Positions 1 to 10,861 are shown, numbered from the stretch's first letter. The stretch: DNA of 64,000 bases from Hyphomicrobiales bacterium (GCA_028339975.1 JAOLDG010000002.1:8302-72301); one strand, 5' to 3'. Program-made: numbers and translations. The notes: generated from the sequence alone by a model not told the origin.

Positions 1-253
1 ATGGATCTCCAACTTTACTAGTCCCGCCGCCAACAAGAATAATGGGGTTATGACCAAAATTTTGAAGGTGTTTCAAAAGCATTATTTGAATTAAGGATCC
101 AATATGTAGGCTGGGTGCTGTACAATCAAATCCTATATATGCTGAAACACCCTTATTCATAAAAATTTTGTCAAGATTTTCTGAGTCGCTTATTTGATTA
201 AGAAACCCTCTTTCATCGATAAATTTTAAAAATTCTGATTTATATTTATACAT
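1..253 (-). CDS. tyrS: Tyrosyl-tRNA synthetase, N-terminal part (runs off window start)
   Basis: Manual translation from ATG at 253: MYKYKSEFLKFIDERGFLNQ...AYIGFDCTAPSLHIGSLIQ...VGGGTSKVGDP; class I HIGH-like motif and TyrRS GFDxTA signature. Confidence 0.95.
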   Translation of the reverse strand, partial: MYKYKSEFLKFIDERGFLNQISDSENLDKIFMNKGVSAYIGFDCTAPSLHIGSLIQIMLLKHLQNFGHNPIILVGGGTSKVGDP

Positions 254-260
254 ATATTTT

Positions 261-280
261 ATTTAATTTAATTTAATTTA
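261..280. repeat. (ATTTA)x4 pentanucleotide microsatellite
   Basis: atttaatttaatttaattta fills most of the short gap between the hydrolase stop and the tyrS start. Confidence 0.6.
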
Positions 281-937
281 ATCAATCTCGAAATCTGAGC
301 TAACCAAACGCGTATCGAGATAATTATTTACTTTATTAACTAAAATATCACCTTCTTTTTCAAAAAAATGATTAGCCTTTGGTATACTATTGTATTCAAT
401 TTCTATATTTTTTTGTGCCTGTAGTTTCTCTACTAGTCTCTCTACGTCCTCAGCAGGAACAACTTTATCCTCTTGACCATGAATAATAATACCTGAAGAA
501 GGGCAGGGTGCTAAAAAATTAAAGTCATACATATTCGCAGGAGGTGCAATTGATACAAATCCTTCTATTTCAGGTCTCCTCATGAGAAGTTGCATGGCAA
601 TCCATGCGCCAAAGGAATACCCAGCAACCCAACAGCCCCTTGAATCTGGAACTTGAGATTGGAGCCAATCTAGAGATGCTGCGGCATCTGAAAGCTCCCC
701 AATACCTTGATCAAAGGTTCCCTGACTTTTTCCTACAGATCGAAAGTTAAATCTTAATACTGAAAACCCTCTCTTTAGGAATGTTTGATATAGATTATAA
801 ATAATTGGATTATTCATATTACCGCCAAATTGAGGTAAGGGGTGTAATATTAAAGCAACAGGAGACCTCCTCCCTTCAACTGTATTAATTCTTCCCTCTA
901 GGCGACCATCTGGTCCACTGTATATAATTTCTGGCAT
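278..937 (-). CDS. Alpha/beta hydrolase of the type commonly divergent from iscR in Alphaproteobacteria
   Basis: HPLPQFGGNM, GYSFG nucleophile elbow, D..ANHFF triad residues. Confidence 0.9.
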   Translation of the reverse strand: MPEIIYSGPDGRLEGRINTVEGRRSPVALILHPLPQFGGNMNNPIIYNLYQTFLKRGFSVLRFNFRSVGKSQGTFDQGIGELSDAAASLDWLQSQVPDSRGCWVAGYSFGAWIAMQLLMRRPEIEGFVSIAPPANMYDFNFLAPCPSSGIIIHGQEDKVVPAEDVERLVEKLQAQKNIEIEYNSIPKANHFFEKEGDILVNKVNNYLDTRLVSSDFEID

Positions 938-997
938 TTTTAAATCCTGACTATAATGGTAGTATTAATAAGCTTGTAAATTAAACATTTTTTTGTA

Positions 998-1022
998 TTT
1001 CTTGACAAAATTACTCGGAAAA
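998..1022 (+). promoter_or_regulatory. IscR type 1 operator overlapping a TTGACA -35 element
   Basis: TTTCTTGACAAAATTACTCGGAAAA fits the type 1 IscR pattern (yyGAC-N7-(G/C)TCrr) about 90 bp upstream of iscR. Confidence 0.7.
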
Positions 1023-1110
1023 TATATTTAACTCCTAATAACTCTTATTTGTCTTCTATCACATTGATAAGATTGATGCATAAGAATTTAATAAATTTTT
1101 AGGTGCTATT

Positions 1111-1560
1111 ATGAAGTTAACTACAAAAGGAAGGTATGCGGTTTTGGCATTAACTGAGCTTGCATTAATAAAAGATGATTCTCTTGTTAAGATAACTGAA
1201 ATTGCAGTTAGGCAAAATATTTCCTCAACCTATTTAGAGCAGTTACTTCTTTTATTAAAAAATTCTGGCTTAGTTGTCGGTGTAAGGGGCCCCAATGGAG
1301 GTTATAGATTGGCCGCTCCTCCCGAAAATATAATGATTTCTGATATTGTCAATATTGTAGAAGGTCGAATGGAGGCAAAAGGATGTGTCTCCAAAACAGG
1401 ATCTTGTACTGGAGTTTCAGGTCGGTGTATGACACATGATTTATGGGATGAATTAAGTCGACATATTGAATTATTTCTTGGTCAAGTTTCATTAAAGGAT
1501 ATTATTATAGGAAATGTTCTTGGAAGGTCTTCTCCGCCTAAAGCATTGGGAGTTGAATAA
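1111..1560 (+). CDS. iscR: Rrf2-family Fe-S cluster regulator IscR
   Basis: MKLTTKGRYAV, SSTYLEQL, RGPNGGY; three Cys plus His in CVSKTGSCTGVSGRCMTHDLW. Confidence 0.92.
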   Translation: MKLTTKGRYAVLALTELALIKDDSLVKITEIAVRQNISSTYLEQLLLLLKNSGLVVGVRGPNGGYRLAAPPENIMISDIVNIVEGRMEAKGCVSKTGSCTGVSGRCMTHDLWDELSRHIELFLGQVSLKDIIIGNVLGRSSPPKALGVE

Positions 1561-1563
1561 TTA

Positions 1564-2673
1564 ATGGAAAGCTCCAGAATATATTTTGATTATAACGCAA
1601 CGTCTTTAATAAGACCTGAATCGATAAACTCAGTAAATAAGATTCTCAGTTCTTATGGGAATCCTTCTTCTATTCACAAGGAAGGGCGACTCATGAGGTC
1701 GCTAATCGAAGAATCCAGAGAAAAGGTTTCTAAGTCGTTATCCACCTCTAGTAAAAATATTATTTTTACTAGCGGGGGAACCGAAGCTATTGATATTGCA
1801 TTAAATCAAAGTCCCGGAAGGTTAATAATTAATTCAACAGAACATATTGCTGTCTTCGAATCAGCAAAGAGGCTTAATATCGATATTGATATTCTTGATG
1901 TTGATTCTAATGGTTTAATACGAATGGATTTATTAGAAAATTTATTAAAAAAAGGACCAGCTCTTGTTTCAATTATGTTAGCAAATAATGAGACTGGTGT
2001 TATTCAGCCTATTAAGGAAATTTCAAAAATAGTTAAGTCTTATGATAGTCTTTTATTTTGTGATGCTGTTCAAGCATTTGGAAAAGTTAAGTTATCTTTT
2101 GATGATCTAGGTATCGATTTAATGGCGGTTTCTGCACATAAGATTGGTGGATTTTCAGGCTCAGGCGCTTTAGTTATAAAAAAAGATATGAATTATTTAA
2201 TACCTAGGGTCTCTGGAGGTGGTCAAGAGCTGGGACTTAGAGGTGGAACAGAAAATTTATTAGGAATTATTTCATTTGGTGAGTGTGCTTCGATTTTAAA
2301 TGAAATTGATAATGAAAGCATTAGATTGAAAAAACTAGTAAATTTACTGGAGGACAATTTGTCATCTTTAGGTGCATTTATTTATAGTTATAATGTTGAA
2401 AGATTATCCAACACTTCTCTTTTCTCTTTTTCAGAGCTTAGGGCTGAAACATTACTAATGAAATTAGATTTAGCTGGATTTTCTGTAAGTTCTGGATCTG
2501 CATGTAATTCTGGAAAAGTAAAAGAAAGTCATGTTTTAAAGGCTATGAATGTAGATGAAAATATGCAAGAAGGTGCGATAAGAGTTAGTCTTGGATGGGG
2601 ATCTAATAAAAAAGAAGTTAAGAATTTTATAAGTTTTTTTGAAAATATTTTTAATAAAACAGCCAAGGAGTAA
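1564..2673 (+). CDS. iscS: Group I (IscS/NifS-like) cysteine desulfurase
   Basis: YFDYNATS, GNPSSIH, SAHKIGG (PLP Lys), SSGSACNS catalytic Cys. Confidence 0.88.
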   Translation: MESSRIYFDYNATSLIRPESINSVNKILSSYGNPSSIHKEGRLMRSLIEESREKVSKSLSTSSKNIIFTSGGTEAIDIALNQSPGRLIINSTEHIAVFESAKRLNIDIDILDVDSNGLIRMDLLENLLKKGPALVSIMLANNETGVIQPIKEISKIVKSYDSLLFCDAVQAFGKVKLSFDDLGIDLMAVSAHKIGGFSGSGALVIKKDMNYLIPRVSGGGQELGLRGGTENLLGIISFGECASILNEIDNESIRLKKLVNLLEDNLSSLGAFIYSYNVERLSNTSLFSFSELRAETLLMKLDLAGFSVSSGSACNSGKVKESHVLKAMNVDENMQEGAIRVSLGWGSNKKEVKNFISFFENIFNKTAKE

Positions 2674-2676
2674 TCT

Positions 2677-4125
2677 GTGTCAGAAAGCCAAGATAAATTA
2701 TCAGAAAAAGATTTTAAGGATCCTTACGAGTTTGGGTTTGAAACTGATATTGAATCAGATTTTGCCCCCAAGGGACTGAATGAAGATACCGTAAGATTTA
2801 TTTCAAATAAAAAAAATGAACCCAAATGGCTCCTTGATTGGAGGTTAGATGCTTACAAGAGGTGGCTAACAATGAGTGAACCAGACTGGTCGAGCGTAAG
2901 ATACCCGCCAATTGATTACCAGGACTCTTATTATTACTCTGCGCCCAAAGATTCAGAAAAACTAGATAGTTTGGATGATGTTGATCCTAAATTATTAGAA
3001 ACCTACAATAAGCTTGGTATACCACTGAAAGAACAAGAATGGCTTGCTGGGGTGGCTGTTGATGCTGTTTTTGATAGTGTTTCAGTAGGAACAACATTTA
3101 AAGAAAGACTAAAAGAAGACGGAGTTATATTTTGTTCTTTTTCAGAGGCTGTAAAAGATTATCCGGAATTAATTAAAAAGTATCTTGGATCTGTAGTTCC
3201 GACAACTGATAATTACTTTTCTACTTTAAATTCTGCTGTTTTTTCAGATGGAAGCTTTGTTTATATTCCTCCGGGTGTCAGGTGCCCAATGGAGTTATCA
3301 ACTTATTTTAGAATTAATGCTGCGGGAACCGGGCAATTTGAAAGAACTTTAGTTATAGCCGACAAAGACTCTTATGTTAGTTATCTTGAGGGATGTACGG
3401 CTCCAATGAGGGATGAACACCAGCTTCATGCTGCTGTTGTTGAGTTAGTTGCTCTAGAAGGTGCAGAAATCAAATACTCAACGGTTCAAAATTGGTACCC
3501 TGGCGATGAGGAGGGTAGAGGCGGTGTTTATAATTTTGTAACTAAACGTGGTGATTGTCGAGGTGACAATTCGAAAATTTCATGGACACAAGTAGAGACT
3601 GGCTCAGCTATTACTTGGAAATATCCAAGTTGTATTTTAAGAGGAAATAATTCTTCTGGAGAGTTTTACTCTATTGCTGTGTCAAATAATTATCAGCAAG
3701 TTGATAGCGGTACTAAAATGATTCATCTGGGGAATAATACCTCTAGTAGGATTATTTCAAAAGGTATCTCAACTGGTAAGTCATCCAATACTTATCGAGG
3801 TTTAGTTTCAATCCACCCTAAGTCAAGAAATAGTCGTAACTTTACTCAATGTGATTCCCTTCTTTTAAATGATAATTGTTCCGCAAATACCATTCCTTAC
3901 ATAGAATCAAAAAACTCTGAATCTATTGTAGAGCATGAAGCTACATCCTCTAAAATCTCTGAAGAGCAGCTATTTTACTGTCAGCAAAGGGGTTTAGATG
4001 AGGAAGAGGCTATTTCTTTAATAGTAAATGGGTTTTGTAAGGATGTATTACAGAAGCTACCAATGGAGTTTGCAGTTGAGGCTCAAAAACTTCTCAGCGT
4101 TAGTTTGGAAGGAAGTGTTGGATAA
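2677..4125 (+). CDS. sufB: Fe-S cluster assembly scaffold SufB (GTG start)
   Basis: [26 protein letters not shown]-terminal SLEGSVG. Confidence 0.98.
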   Translation: MSESQDKLSEKDFKDPYEFGFETDIESDFAPKGLNEDTVRFISNKKNEPKWLLDWRLDAYKRWLTMSEPDWSSVRYPPIDYQDSYYYSAPKDSEKLDSLDDVDPKLLETYNKLGIPLKEQEWLAGVAVDAVFDSVSVGTTFKERLKEDGVIFCSFSEAVKDYPELIKKYLGSVVPTTDNYFSTLNSAVFSDGSFVYIPPGVRCPMELSTYFRINAAGTGQFERTLVIADKDSYVSYLEGCTAPMRDEHQLHAAVVELVALEGAEIKYSTVQNWYPGDEEGRGGVYNFVTKRGDCRGDNSKISWTQVETGSAITWKYPSCILRGNNSSGEFYSIAVSNNYQQVDSGTKMIHLGNNTSSRIISKGISTGKSSNTYRGLVSIHPKSRNSRNFTQCDSLLLNDNCSANTIPYIESKNSESIVEHEATSSKISEEQLFYCQQRGLDEEEAISLIVNGFCKDVLQKLPMEFAVEAQKLLSVSLEGSVG

Positions 4126-4880
4126 TGAATAATTTTCTTAATATTCAAAGTTTATCAGCAAAGGTTGAGGATAAGCTAATTATAAATAATCTTAACCTTA
4201 ATGTTGATAAAGGAGAAGTTCATGCCATTATGGGTCCGAATGGTTCTGGAAAATCAACTTTATCAAATGTATTAGCTGGAAAAGATGGTTATGAGATAAC
4301 TAGTGGCATAATAAATTTTTGTGGAGAGGATTTGATGTCCCTTAAACCCAATGAAAGATCTAATAGGGGTATTTTTTTAGCATTTCAGTACCCTGTTGAA
4401 ATACCGGGCGTTACTAATATTAATTTTATAAAAACAGCCTTAGATAGCAATAGAAAACATCGTGGTTTAGATCCATTAAAACCCGGAGACTTTTTAAAAC
4501 TTATAAAAGAGAAATCAAAAATTTTAGGAATTCCAGAGGATAGATTAAAAAGACAATTAAATGTAGGTTTTTCAGGAGGAGAAAAGAAACGAAATGAAGC
4601 TCTTCAGCTTTTGATGTTAGATCCATCTTTGGCTATTCTTGATGAAACTGATTCTGGTCTTGATGTTGATGCATTCAAGATTGTTGCAGATTCAATAAAT
4701 TCTAGACGTAATAATGATAGTAGCATGTTAATTATAACTCATTATCAAAGACTCCTTGAAAGAATAGAGCCAGATTTTGTCCATGTTTTTATTAATGGTT
4801 CAATTATTGAATCTGGAGGACCTGAGCTAGCTAGTGAGATTGAATCTAATGGATATGAGAGATTCACTGATGTTAAGTAA
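4125..4880 (+). CDS. sufC: Fe-S cluster assembly ATPase SufC
   Basis: GPNGSGKST, FQYPVEIPGV, FSGGEKKRNE, LDETDSGLD. Confidence 0.98.
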   Translation: MNNFLNIQSLSAKVEDKLIINNLNLNVDKGEVHAIMGPNGSGKSTLSNVLAGKDGYEITSGIINFCGEDLMSLKPNERSNRGIFLAFQYPVEIPGVTNINFIKTALDSNRKHRGLDPLKPGDFLKLIKEKSKILGIPEDRLKRQLNVGFSGGEKKRNEALQLLMLDPSLAILDETDSGLDVDAFKIVADSINSRRNNDSSMLIITHYQRLLERIEPDFVHVFINGSIIESGGPELASEIESNGYERFTDVK

Positions 4881-6003
4881 TTTAACTTTAGATAATTTTG
4901 ATAAATCTTTTAAAGGATCCAACTCTTTGGTTGAAGAGAGAAAAAATGCATTTTTAAATTTAAAAAAAATAGGAATTCCAAATAAAAGAATAGAAAATTG
5001 GAAATATATGGATCTTGCTAAAATTACTAAAGGTATAGAGTTTAAGCCACGAGGAATTAATTTTGAATTATTGAATAAAAATCTTAAAGGAATTGTTGTT
5101 AGGGATTTTGAATATTTTATAGAAAATAAAGATCAATACTCTAAACTAACAAAGTATCTGGATAACGAGGGAGTGGTTTACTTAAACCTCTCATATGCCC
5201 AAGAAGCTAGTGTAATAGAGATTAAGGAGTCACAATCTGAACCCTTGCTTATAAATATTAGTTGTAATGAGGATGGTGTCTCATTTCCTAGAATAAAGAT
5301 TGACGTTTTTCCAAATATAGAAGCCGAGGTTCACCTTTTTTATGATGGTGGAAAGGGCTTTATAAATCAATTAACAGAAATCAATATTCAAAAAAATTCA
5401 AACCTTCGAGTGCAAAGAGTTAATAAATCATCGGCCATACATTCTGAAACTTTTTTAAGTTACCTTGGTTTGAATTCAAATATTTCTTTGGTTAATCTTT
5501 CGATGCCAAAAAATAAATCTAGATTTCAGGTTTATAATATCTTTCTCGATCAACATTCTTGTACAGATTTTAAGTCAGTTTCAATTCCATACGAGGATTG
5601 CCAGGATGACTTTCTTATACAAAATCTTCATATGAGTTCTAATTGTGAGAGTAATGTTGGGCTCAGAGCTATTCTTAATAAAGGAACAGTGTGCTCTTTT
5701 CAGGCACTCGTTGATATTGATTTGAATACTTCATCAAGCAAGGCAATCCAGGATTGTAAGGCAATTTTACTTCATGAGGATGCATCGATGAATGCTAAGC
5801 CTGAGATGAAAATTTTTAACGATGATGTTGTTTGTAAGCATGGAACTACAATTGGATGTCTTGACAAAGAGCAGTTATTTTACCTTCAATCAAGGGGCCT
5901 TAGTCCTGTATCTGCAGAAAAAATTTTATTACAAGGTGTGATAAAAAACTACATATCTGAAGATTCTTCATTAAATAATTTTCTTCCTAAGGTTTATCAG
6001 TGA
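4870..6003 (+). CDS. sufD: Fe-S cluster assembly protein SufD (divergent)
   Basis: ENWKY near N-terminus; AKPEMKIFNDDVVCKHGTT and LFYLQSRG; operon position; start moved to ATG 4870. Confidence 0.9.
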   Translation: MLSNLTLDNFDKSFKGSNSLVEERKNAFLNLKKIGIPNKRIENWKYMDLAKITKGIEFKPRGINFELLNKNLKGIVVRDFEYFIENKDQYSKLTKYLDNEGVVYLNLSYAQEASVIEIKESQSEPLLINISCNEDGVSFPRIKIDVFPNIEAEVHLFYDGGKGFINQLTEINIQKNSNLRVQRVNKSSAIHSETFLSYLGLNSNISLVNLSMPKNKSRFQVYNIFLDQHSCTDFKSVSIPYEDCQDDFLIQNLHMSSNCESNVGLRAILNKGTVCSFQALVDIDLNTSSSKAIQDCKAILLHEDASMNAKPEMKIFNDDVVCKHGTTIGCLDKEQLFYLQSRGLSPVSAEKILLQGVIKNYISEDSSLNNFLPKVYQ

Positions 6004-7220
6004 TGTTCGATATTAAAGAAGTTAGAAAAGATTTTCCTATTTTAAGTCGAGAAGTTTATGGGAAACCATTGGTTTATTTGGATAGTGCGGCTAGTTCTCA
6101 AAAACCACGGCATGTAATGGAGAATATTAAAAAGTTTGAAGAAACTGATTATGCGAATGTTCACAGAGGTATACACTTTCTTTCAAATGCTTCAACAGAT
6201 GCTTTTGAGATGGCAAGAAAAAAGGTAAAAATTTTTTTAAATGCCAACAGGGAAGAGGAAATTATCTTTACTCTTGGGGCAACAGACTCAATTAATTTAG
6301 TTGCTAATTCTTTGGGTGAAAATTTCTTCAAAAAAGACGATGAAATCATTCTTACGGTAATGGAGCATCATTCAAATATTGTTCCTTGGCACTTTCTTAG
6401 AGAAAAGGTAGGTGTTAAAATTAAATGGGTTGATTGTGACGATCAGGGTAATATTTCCTTAGACGATATAAAAAATATAGTAACAGAAAGAACTAAGCTA
6501 ATTTCAATAACCGAAATGTCAAATGTACTGGGATCTAAAACACCATTAAAGGAAATTATTAATTTTTCTCATGAAAGAGAAATTTTAGTTCTAGTAGATG
6601 GGTGCCAAGGTGCGGCTCACAATATTATTGATGTTCAAGAATTAGATTGCGATTTTTATGTGTTCTCAGGTCATAAAATATACGGGCCTACTGGCGTAGG
6701 TGTTTTATATGGAAAGTTTGATATTTTAGATAATATGCCTCCTTGGCGGGGTGGCGGTGAAATGATTAGAGAGGTAAAAAAAGATTCTATTACTTATGCA
6801 GATCTTCCTAGTCGTTTTGAGGCCGGGACACCTAATATTACCCAAGCAATAGGTCTAGGATTTGCTATTGATTATTTTACCTCAAAAATAAATGATGGTT
6901 TATTTTCTTATGAAAAAGAAATTGCACAATATTTTCATAATGAAGTTCAGGGGATAAAAAAAATTAAAGTTTATGGTGAAAAAAATATATCTAGCCCTCT
7001 GATATCTTTTACTGTAGATGGAACTCATCCGCATGATATTGCAACTCTTATTGATAGAGAGGGTGTTGCAATAAGGGCTGGCCATCATTGTTGTCAGCCG
7101 TTGTTAAAATTTTTAAATGTAAATTCAACTGCAAGAGCATCAATTGGTATGTATACAGATAAAAATGATATTGATATTTTTATTAAAGCTTTAGATAAGG
7201 CAATTACTTTTTTTGACTAA
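6003..7220 (+). CDS. sufS: Group II cysteine desulfurase SufS
   Basis: VYLDSAASSQKP, MEHHSN, FSGHKIYGPTG, RAGHHC; TGATG overlap with sufD. Confidence 0.96.
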   Translation: MFDIKEVRKDFPILSREVYGKPLVYLDSAASSQKPRHVMENIKKFEETDYANVHRGIHFLSNASTDAFEMARKKVKIFLNANREEEIIFTLGATDSINLVANSLGENFFKKDDEIILTVMEHHSNIVPWHFLREKVGVKIKWVDCDDQGNISLDDIKNIVTERTKLISITEMSNVLGSKTPLKEIINFSHEREILVLVDGCQGAAHNIIDVQELDCDFYVFSGHKIYGPTGVGVLYGKFDILDNMPPWRGGGEMIREVKKDSITYADLPSRFEAGTPNITQAIGLGFAIDYFTSKINDGLFSYEKEIAQYFHNEVQGIKKIKVYGEKNISSPLISFTVDGTHPHDIATLIDREGVAIRAGHHCCQPLLKFLNVNSTARASIGMYTDKNDIDIFIKALDKAITFFD

Positions 7221-7247
7221 AGTGCATCAAGGTACTAAAAGTATTAT

Positions 7248-7604
7248 ATGGATAATTTAAATATAAATAATGATCAGACAGATAATAAATCTAATAAGGT
7301 ATTGTTAGAAAGAGATCACTTAGTTAAAGCTCTTAAAACAGTTTATGATCCTGAAATTCCTGTTGATATTTATGAATTAGGTCTAATTTATGATGTCGAC
7401 TTGAAGGAAAATGGAAATGTAGATGTAAAAATGACATTAACCGCTCCCGGCTGCCCTGTTGCTGGCGAGATGCCGAAATGGGTTGAAACAGCATTATTGG
7501 CTGTGGAGGGTGTTGAAAAAGTTGTTGTAGATATGGTATTTGATCCACCATGGGATATGAGTTTAATGTCTGAAGAGGCTAGATTAACTCTAAATATGTA
7601 TTAA
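7248..7604 (+). CDS. sufT: DUF59/MIP18 Fe-S assembly protein (SufT-like)
   Basis: VYDPEIPVDIYELGLIY, MTLTAPGCP, FDPPW. Confidence 0.9.
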   Translation: MDNLNINNDQTDNKSNKVLLERDHLVKALKTVYDPEIPVDIYELGLIYDVDLKENGNVDVKMTLTAPGCPVAGEMPKWVETALLAVEGVEKVVVDMVFDPPWDMSLMSEEARLTLNMY

Positions 7605-7605
7605 T

Positions 7606-8004
7606 ATGAAAAATATAACAAAAAATAACCTACTAAGCCTAACTCCAAGCGCCATTGAACGTTTGCGGGATATAAATAAAAGCTCATCAAACGATAATGT
7701 TGCTGTTAAATTAGGTGTAAAAAATGGTGGTTGTGCTGGAATGGCCTACACTATGGATTATATTAATGAAGTTAGTCAAAACGATGAGGTTATTAAGATC
7801 GACGATATAACCCTTGTCATTGATCCTAAGGCAATATTATTTTTACTTGGAACCGAAATGGATTATGAGGAGTCAACTTTGAATTCTGGCTTTATTTTTA
7901 ATAATCCCAATCAAACTGATGCATGTGGATGTGGAGAGTCAGTAACTCTCGTTGAAGCTGAAATTCCTGTTGATTTAGCCGACAGGCTCTCTACTTCCCG
8001 GTAA
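7606..8004 (+). CDS. sufA: A-type Fe-S carrier (HesB/IscA/SufA)
   Basis: GGCAGMAY and NPNQTDACGCGES motifs. Confidence 0.9.
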   Translation: MKNITKNNLLSLTPSAIERLRDINKSSSNDNVAVKLGVKNGGCAGMAYTMDYINEVSQNDEVIKIDDITLVIDPKAILFLLGTEMDYEESTLNSGFIFNNPNQTDACGCGESVTLVEAEIPVDLADRLSTSR

Positions 8005-8785
8005 AATTTGCATCTCGCTTTTCTAAAAAAGCTCCCACACCTTCTTTAAAGTCGTCAGATTGACCTGCAACAAATTGAAGCTCTCTCTCTAGATTAATTT
8101 GTTCTTCATAAGAATTATCAAAGCTATCCCAAAAAGCTTTTCTTATTAAACCCAGAGACATCGGCCCATGTGATAATTCTTTTGCTAATTTAAGGGTTTC
8201 ATCATGAAGTTCATTGTCTTCATAGAGTCTATTAATTAAACCCCACTCAAATGCCTTTTCTGCACTTAATCTCTCGCCAAGAATAGCTAATTCTTTAGCT
8301 CGAGCCATTCCCACTAATCTAGGTAGAAGCCAAGTCGAACCTCCGTCAGGGACAAGACCTATCCTTCTAAATGCTTGTAAGAAAAAAGCTGATTTTCCTG
8401 CAAGAATTAAATCACCCATTAGGGCCAGGGACATTCCAACGCCTGCAGCTGGACCATTAACAGACGTTATTAAGGGTATTTTCAAGTTTTTTATTCTTCT
8501 TAAGATAGGGTGGTAGCCAGTTTCTAATCTGTGTCCAGCATCTTGCCTACCTGTATTACCTCGGTCTGATCCTCCGGATAAATTTGCTCCAGCACAAAAA
8601 CCTCTACCTTCTCCAGTTATAACTAGACACTTAATATTTGAATTAATATCCTCAATTTCATTTAAACAAGACCAAATACCATCAAGCATTTCATTAGATA
8701 CTGCATTCATTGCATCTGGATCATTAAATCTCATTACACCAGTGGTATCTATTGTTTCTAAGGTTACTTTGTTAAATTCCTGCAT
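7991..8785 (-). CDS. Enoyl-CoA hydratase/isomerase (crotonase, PaaG-like)
   Basis: FCAGANL, VNGPAAGVG, IGLVPDGGSTWLLPRLVG; GGAG RBS before ATG 8785. Confidence 0.9.
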   Translation of the reverse strand: MQEFNKVTLETIDTTGVMRFNDPDAMNAVSNEMLDGIWSCLNEIEDINSNIKCLVITGEGRGFCAGANLSGGSDRGNTGRQDAGHRLETGYHPILRRIKNLKIPLITSVNGPAAGVGMSLALMGDLILAGKSAFFLQAFRRIGLVPDGGSTWLLPRLVGMARAKELAILGERLSAEKAFEWGLINRLYEDNELHDETLKLAKELSHGPMSLGLIRKAFWDSFDNSYEEQINLERELQFVAGQSDDFKEGVGAFLEKRDANFTGK

Positions 8786-8852
8786 TTTGATCTCCAAATA
8801 ATATAAGTTTCAGATATAATGATTTATATTTCATAAAATACAAATATAAAAT

Positions 8853-10793
8853 TTATAAATTAAACTCTTTGTAGAGATTAGCTTTTTCTCTAATAAACTC
8901 AAATCTTAGCTCTGGTTTATTTCCCATTAGGTCGGTAATAGTTTTTTGAGTTGTTTCTTTATCATTATTAGGAATTATAACCCTCAGCAAAGTTCTATTA
9001 CCAGGAAGCATTGTTGTTTCTTTTAATTGCGCAGGCATCATTTCTCCAAGACCTTTAAATCTATTTATTTCAATTTTATTTGATCTGTTAAAATTCTTTT
9101 CAATAACAGCCTCCCTATGCTCATCATCACGAGCATAATAAGTTTTTCCTTTCTGAGTTAATTTATACAAAGGGGGAACTGCGATAAATAATTTGCCTTC
9201 ATAAATAATAGAAGGAATTTCTTCATGAAAAAAAGTAATTAAAAGAGAAGCTATATGAGCACCGTCTACATCTGCATCCGTCATTATAATTATTTTTTCA
9301 TATCTGAGATCTTTTTCTTGATAAGCCTCTCTAAGTCCGCACCCAAGAGCTAAAACTAAATCAGCTATTTGTTGATTTTCTCTTATTTTTGTCTGATTTG
9401 AGTTTGCAACATTTAGTATCTTTCCTCGTAGTGGAAGGATGGCTTGAAATTTTCTATCGCGAGCCTGTTTCGCTGAACCACCTGCGCTATCACCTTCAAC
9501 AATAAATAGTTCAGTACCTTCTTTGCTAGTTTGAGAACAGTCAGAGAGCTTTCCAGGTAATCTTATCTTTCTGATAGCGGTCTTTCTCGAAGTTTCTTTT
9601 TCTTGACGTCTTTTAAGTCTCTCTTCTGTAAAACTTATAATCCATTGTAGTAAGCGTTCTGATTGCTGTGGAGAGTTTGAGAGCCAATTTTCAAATCTAT
9701 CCTTAACAGCATTCTCAACAAATTTTTGAGCTGATGTATTTGATAACTTATCTTTGGTTTGACCTTGGAACTTTGGGTTAGGTATAAAAAGAGAGATTAC
9801 GGCTACCATTGATTTCGCTATATCATCTGAATTAATAGTTAATCCTTTTTTATTTCCTATTCTTTCAGAATGAGATCTTAGCGCTTTAAGTAAGCCATTT
9901 TTTAGCCCTAATTCATGTGTTCCGCCGTCTGGCGTAGGTACGGTATTGCAGTATGAGTTTAAAAATCCATCAGAGCTCATTGACCAATTTACAGCCCACT
10001 CAATTGAATTATTTTTAGCATCCTTTTCTTTTTTTCCAGTAAAAGATTCTTGTGCTACAAAAGTAGAATCTTTTACTTCATTAGCTAAAAAGTCTTCAAG
10101 GCCTTTTGAGAAATTAAATACCTCTGATGTAGGAGTATTATTTTCATTAGCTACTAACTCATTGCAAGTCCATCGAATTTCTATACCTGCAAAAAGATAA
10201 GCTTTTGATTTGCAAAAATTATAAAGTTTTTCAATATTAAATTTTAAATTTTTATCAAAAATATCTTCATCAGGTTTAAAGGATATTTTTGTACCTTTTT
10301 TGTTAGTTTTTTGTTCTAGCTTTTTAATTTTTTGATCAGGCACACCCCTTATGTATTTTTGAAAATAAATATTCTTATCTCTATAAACCTCTACTTCTAA
10401 GATTTCGGATAAAGCATTAACAACACTTATGCCTACACCATGCAAACCTCCAGACGTTTGGTATACTTTATTATTAAATTTACCACCCGCATGGAGTGTT
10501 GTTAAAATTACCTCTAAAGCTGATTTTTTTGGATATTTTGGGTGTTTATCAATTGGAATTCCTCTGCCATTATCTGAAACTGTTATTTTATTGTCTAAGC
10601 CTACACTTACCTCTATGAATGTTGCAAATCCAGCAACAGCTTCATCCATAGAGTTATCAATAACCTCAGCAAACAAGTGATGCATTCCATTACGATCAGT
10701 GCCTCCAATATACATCCCTGGGCGCTTTCTTACAGGCTCTAATCCTTCAAGAACTTCTATATCTGAAGCGTTATATGTTGCTTTTGATGACAA
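8853..10793 (-). CDS. parE: DNA topoisomerase IV subunit B (TTG start)
   Basis: LEGLEPVRKRPGMYIG, EVIDNSMDEAVAG, VEGDSAGGS, MTDADVDG, RFKGLGEM; 646 aa, lacking the large proteobacterial GyrB insert. Confidence 0.93.
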   Translation of the reverse strand: MSSKATYNASDIEVLEGLEPVRKRPGMYIGGTDRNGMHHLFAEVIDNSMDEAVAGFATFIEVSVGLDNKITVSDNGRGIPIDKHPKYPKKSALEVILTTLHAGGKFNNKVYQTSGGLHGVGISVVNALSEILEVEVYRDKNIYFQKYIRGVPDQKIKKLEQKTNKKGTKISFKPDEDIFDKNLKFNIEKLYNFCKSKAYLFAGIEIRWTCNELVANENNTPTSEVFNFSKGLEDFLANEVKDSTFVAQESFTGKKEKDAKNNSIEWAVNWSMSSDGFLNSYCNTVPTPDGGTHELGLKNGLLKALRSHSERIGNKKGLTINSDDIAKSMVAVISLFIPNPKFQGQTKDKLSNTSAQKFVENAVKDRFENWLSNSPQQSERLLQWIISFTEERLKRRQEKETSRKTAIRKIRLPGKLSDCSQTSKEGTELFIVEGDSAGGSAKQARDRKFQAILPLRGKILNVANSNQTKIRENQQIADLVLALGCGLREAYQEKDLRYEKIIIMTDADVDGAHIASLLITFFHEEIPSIIYEGKLFIAVPPLYKLTQKGKTYYARDDEHREAVIEKNFNRSNKIEINRFKGLGEMMPAQLKETTMLPGNRTLLRVIIPNNDKETTQKTITDLMGNKPELRFEFIREKANLYKEFNL

Positions 10794-10861
10794 ATTAGAC
10801 CCAAATAAAATAAATAATTTAAAAACTTAAAAAGTATTAAACCATCATTACGTTAAACACA

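Noticed and set aside
8853..10793. gyrB assignment
   Set aside because: Length (646 aa), absence of the proteobacterial GyrB insert and genomic context fit ParE
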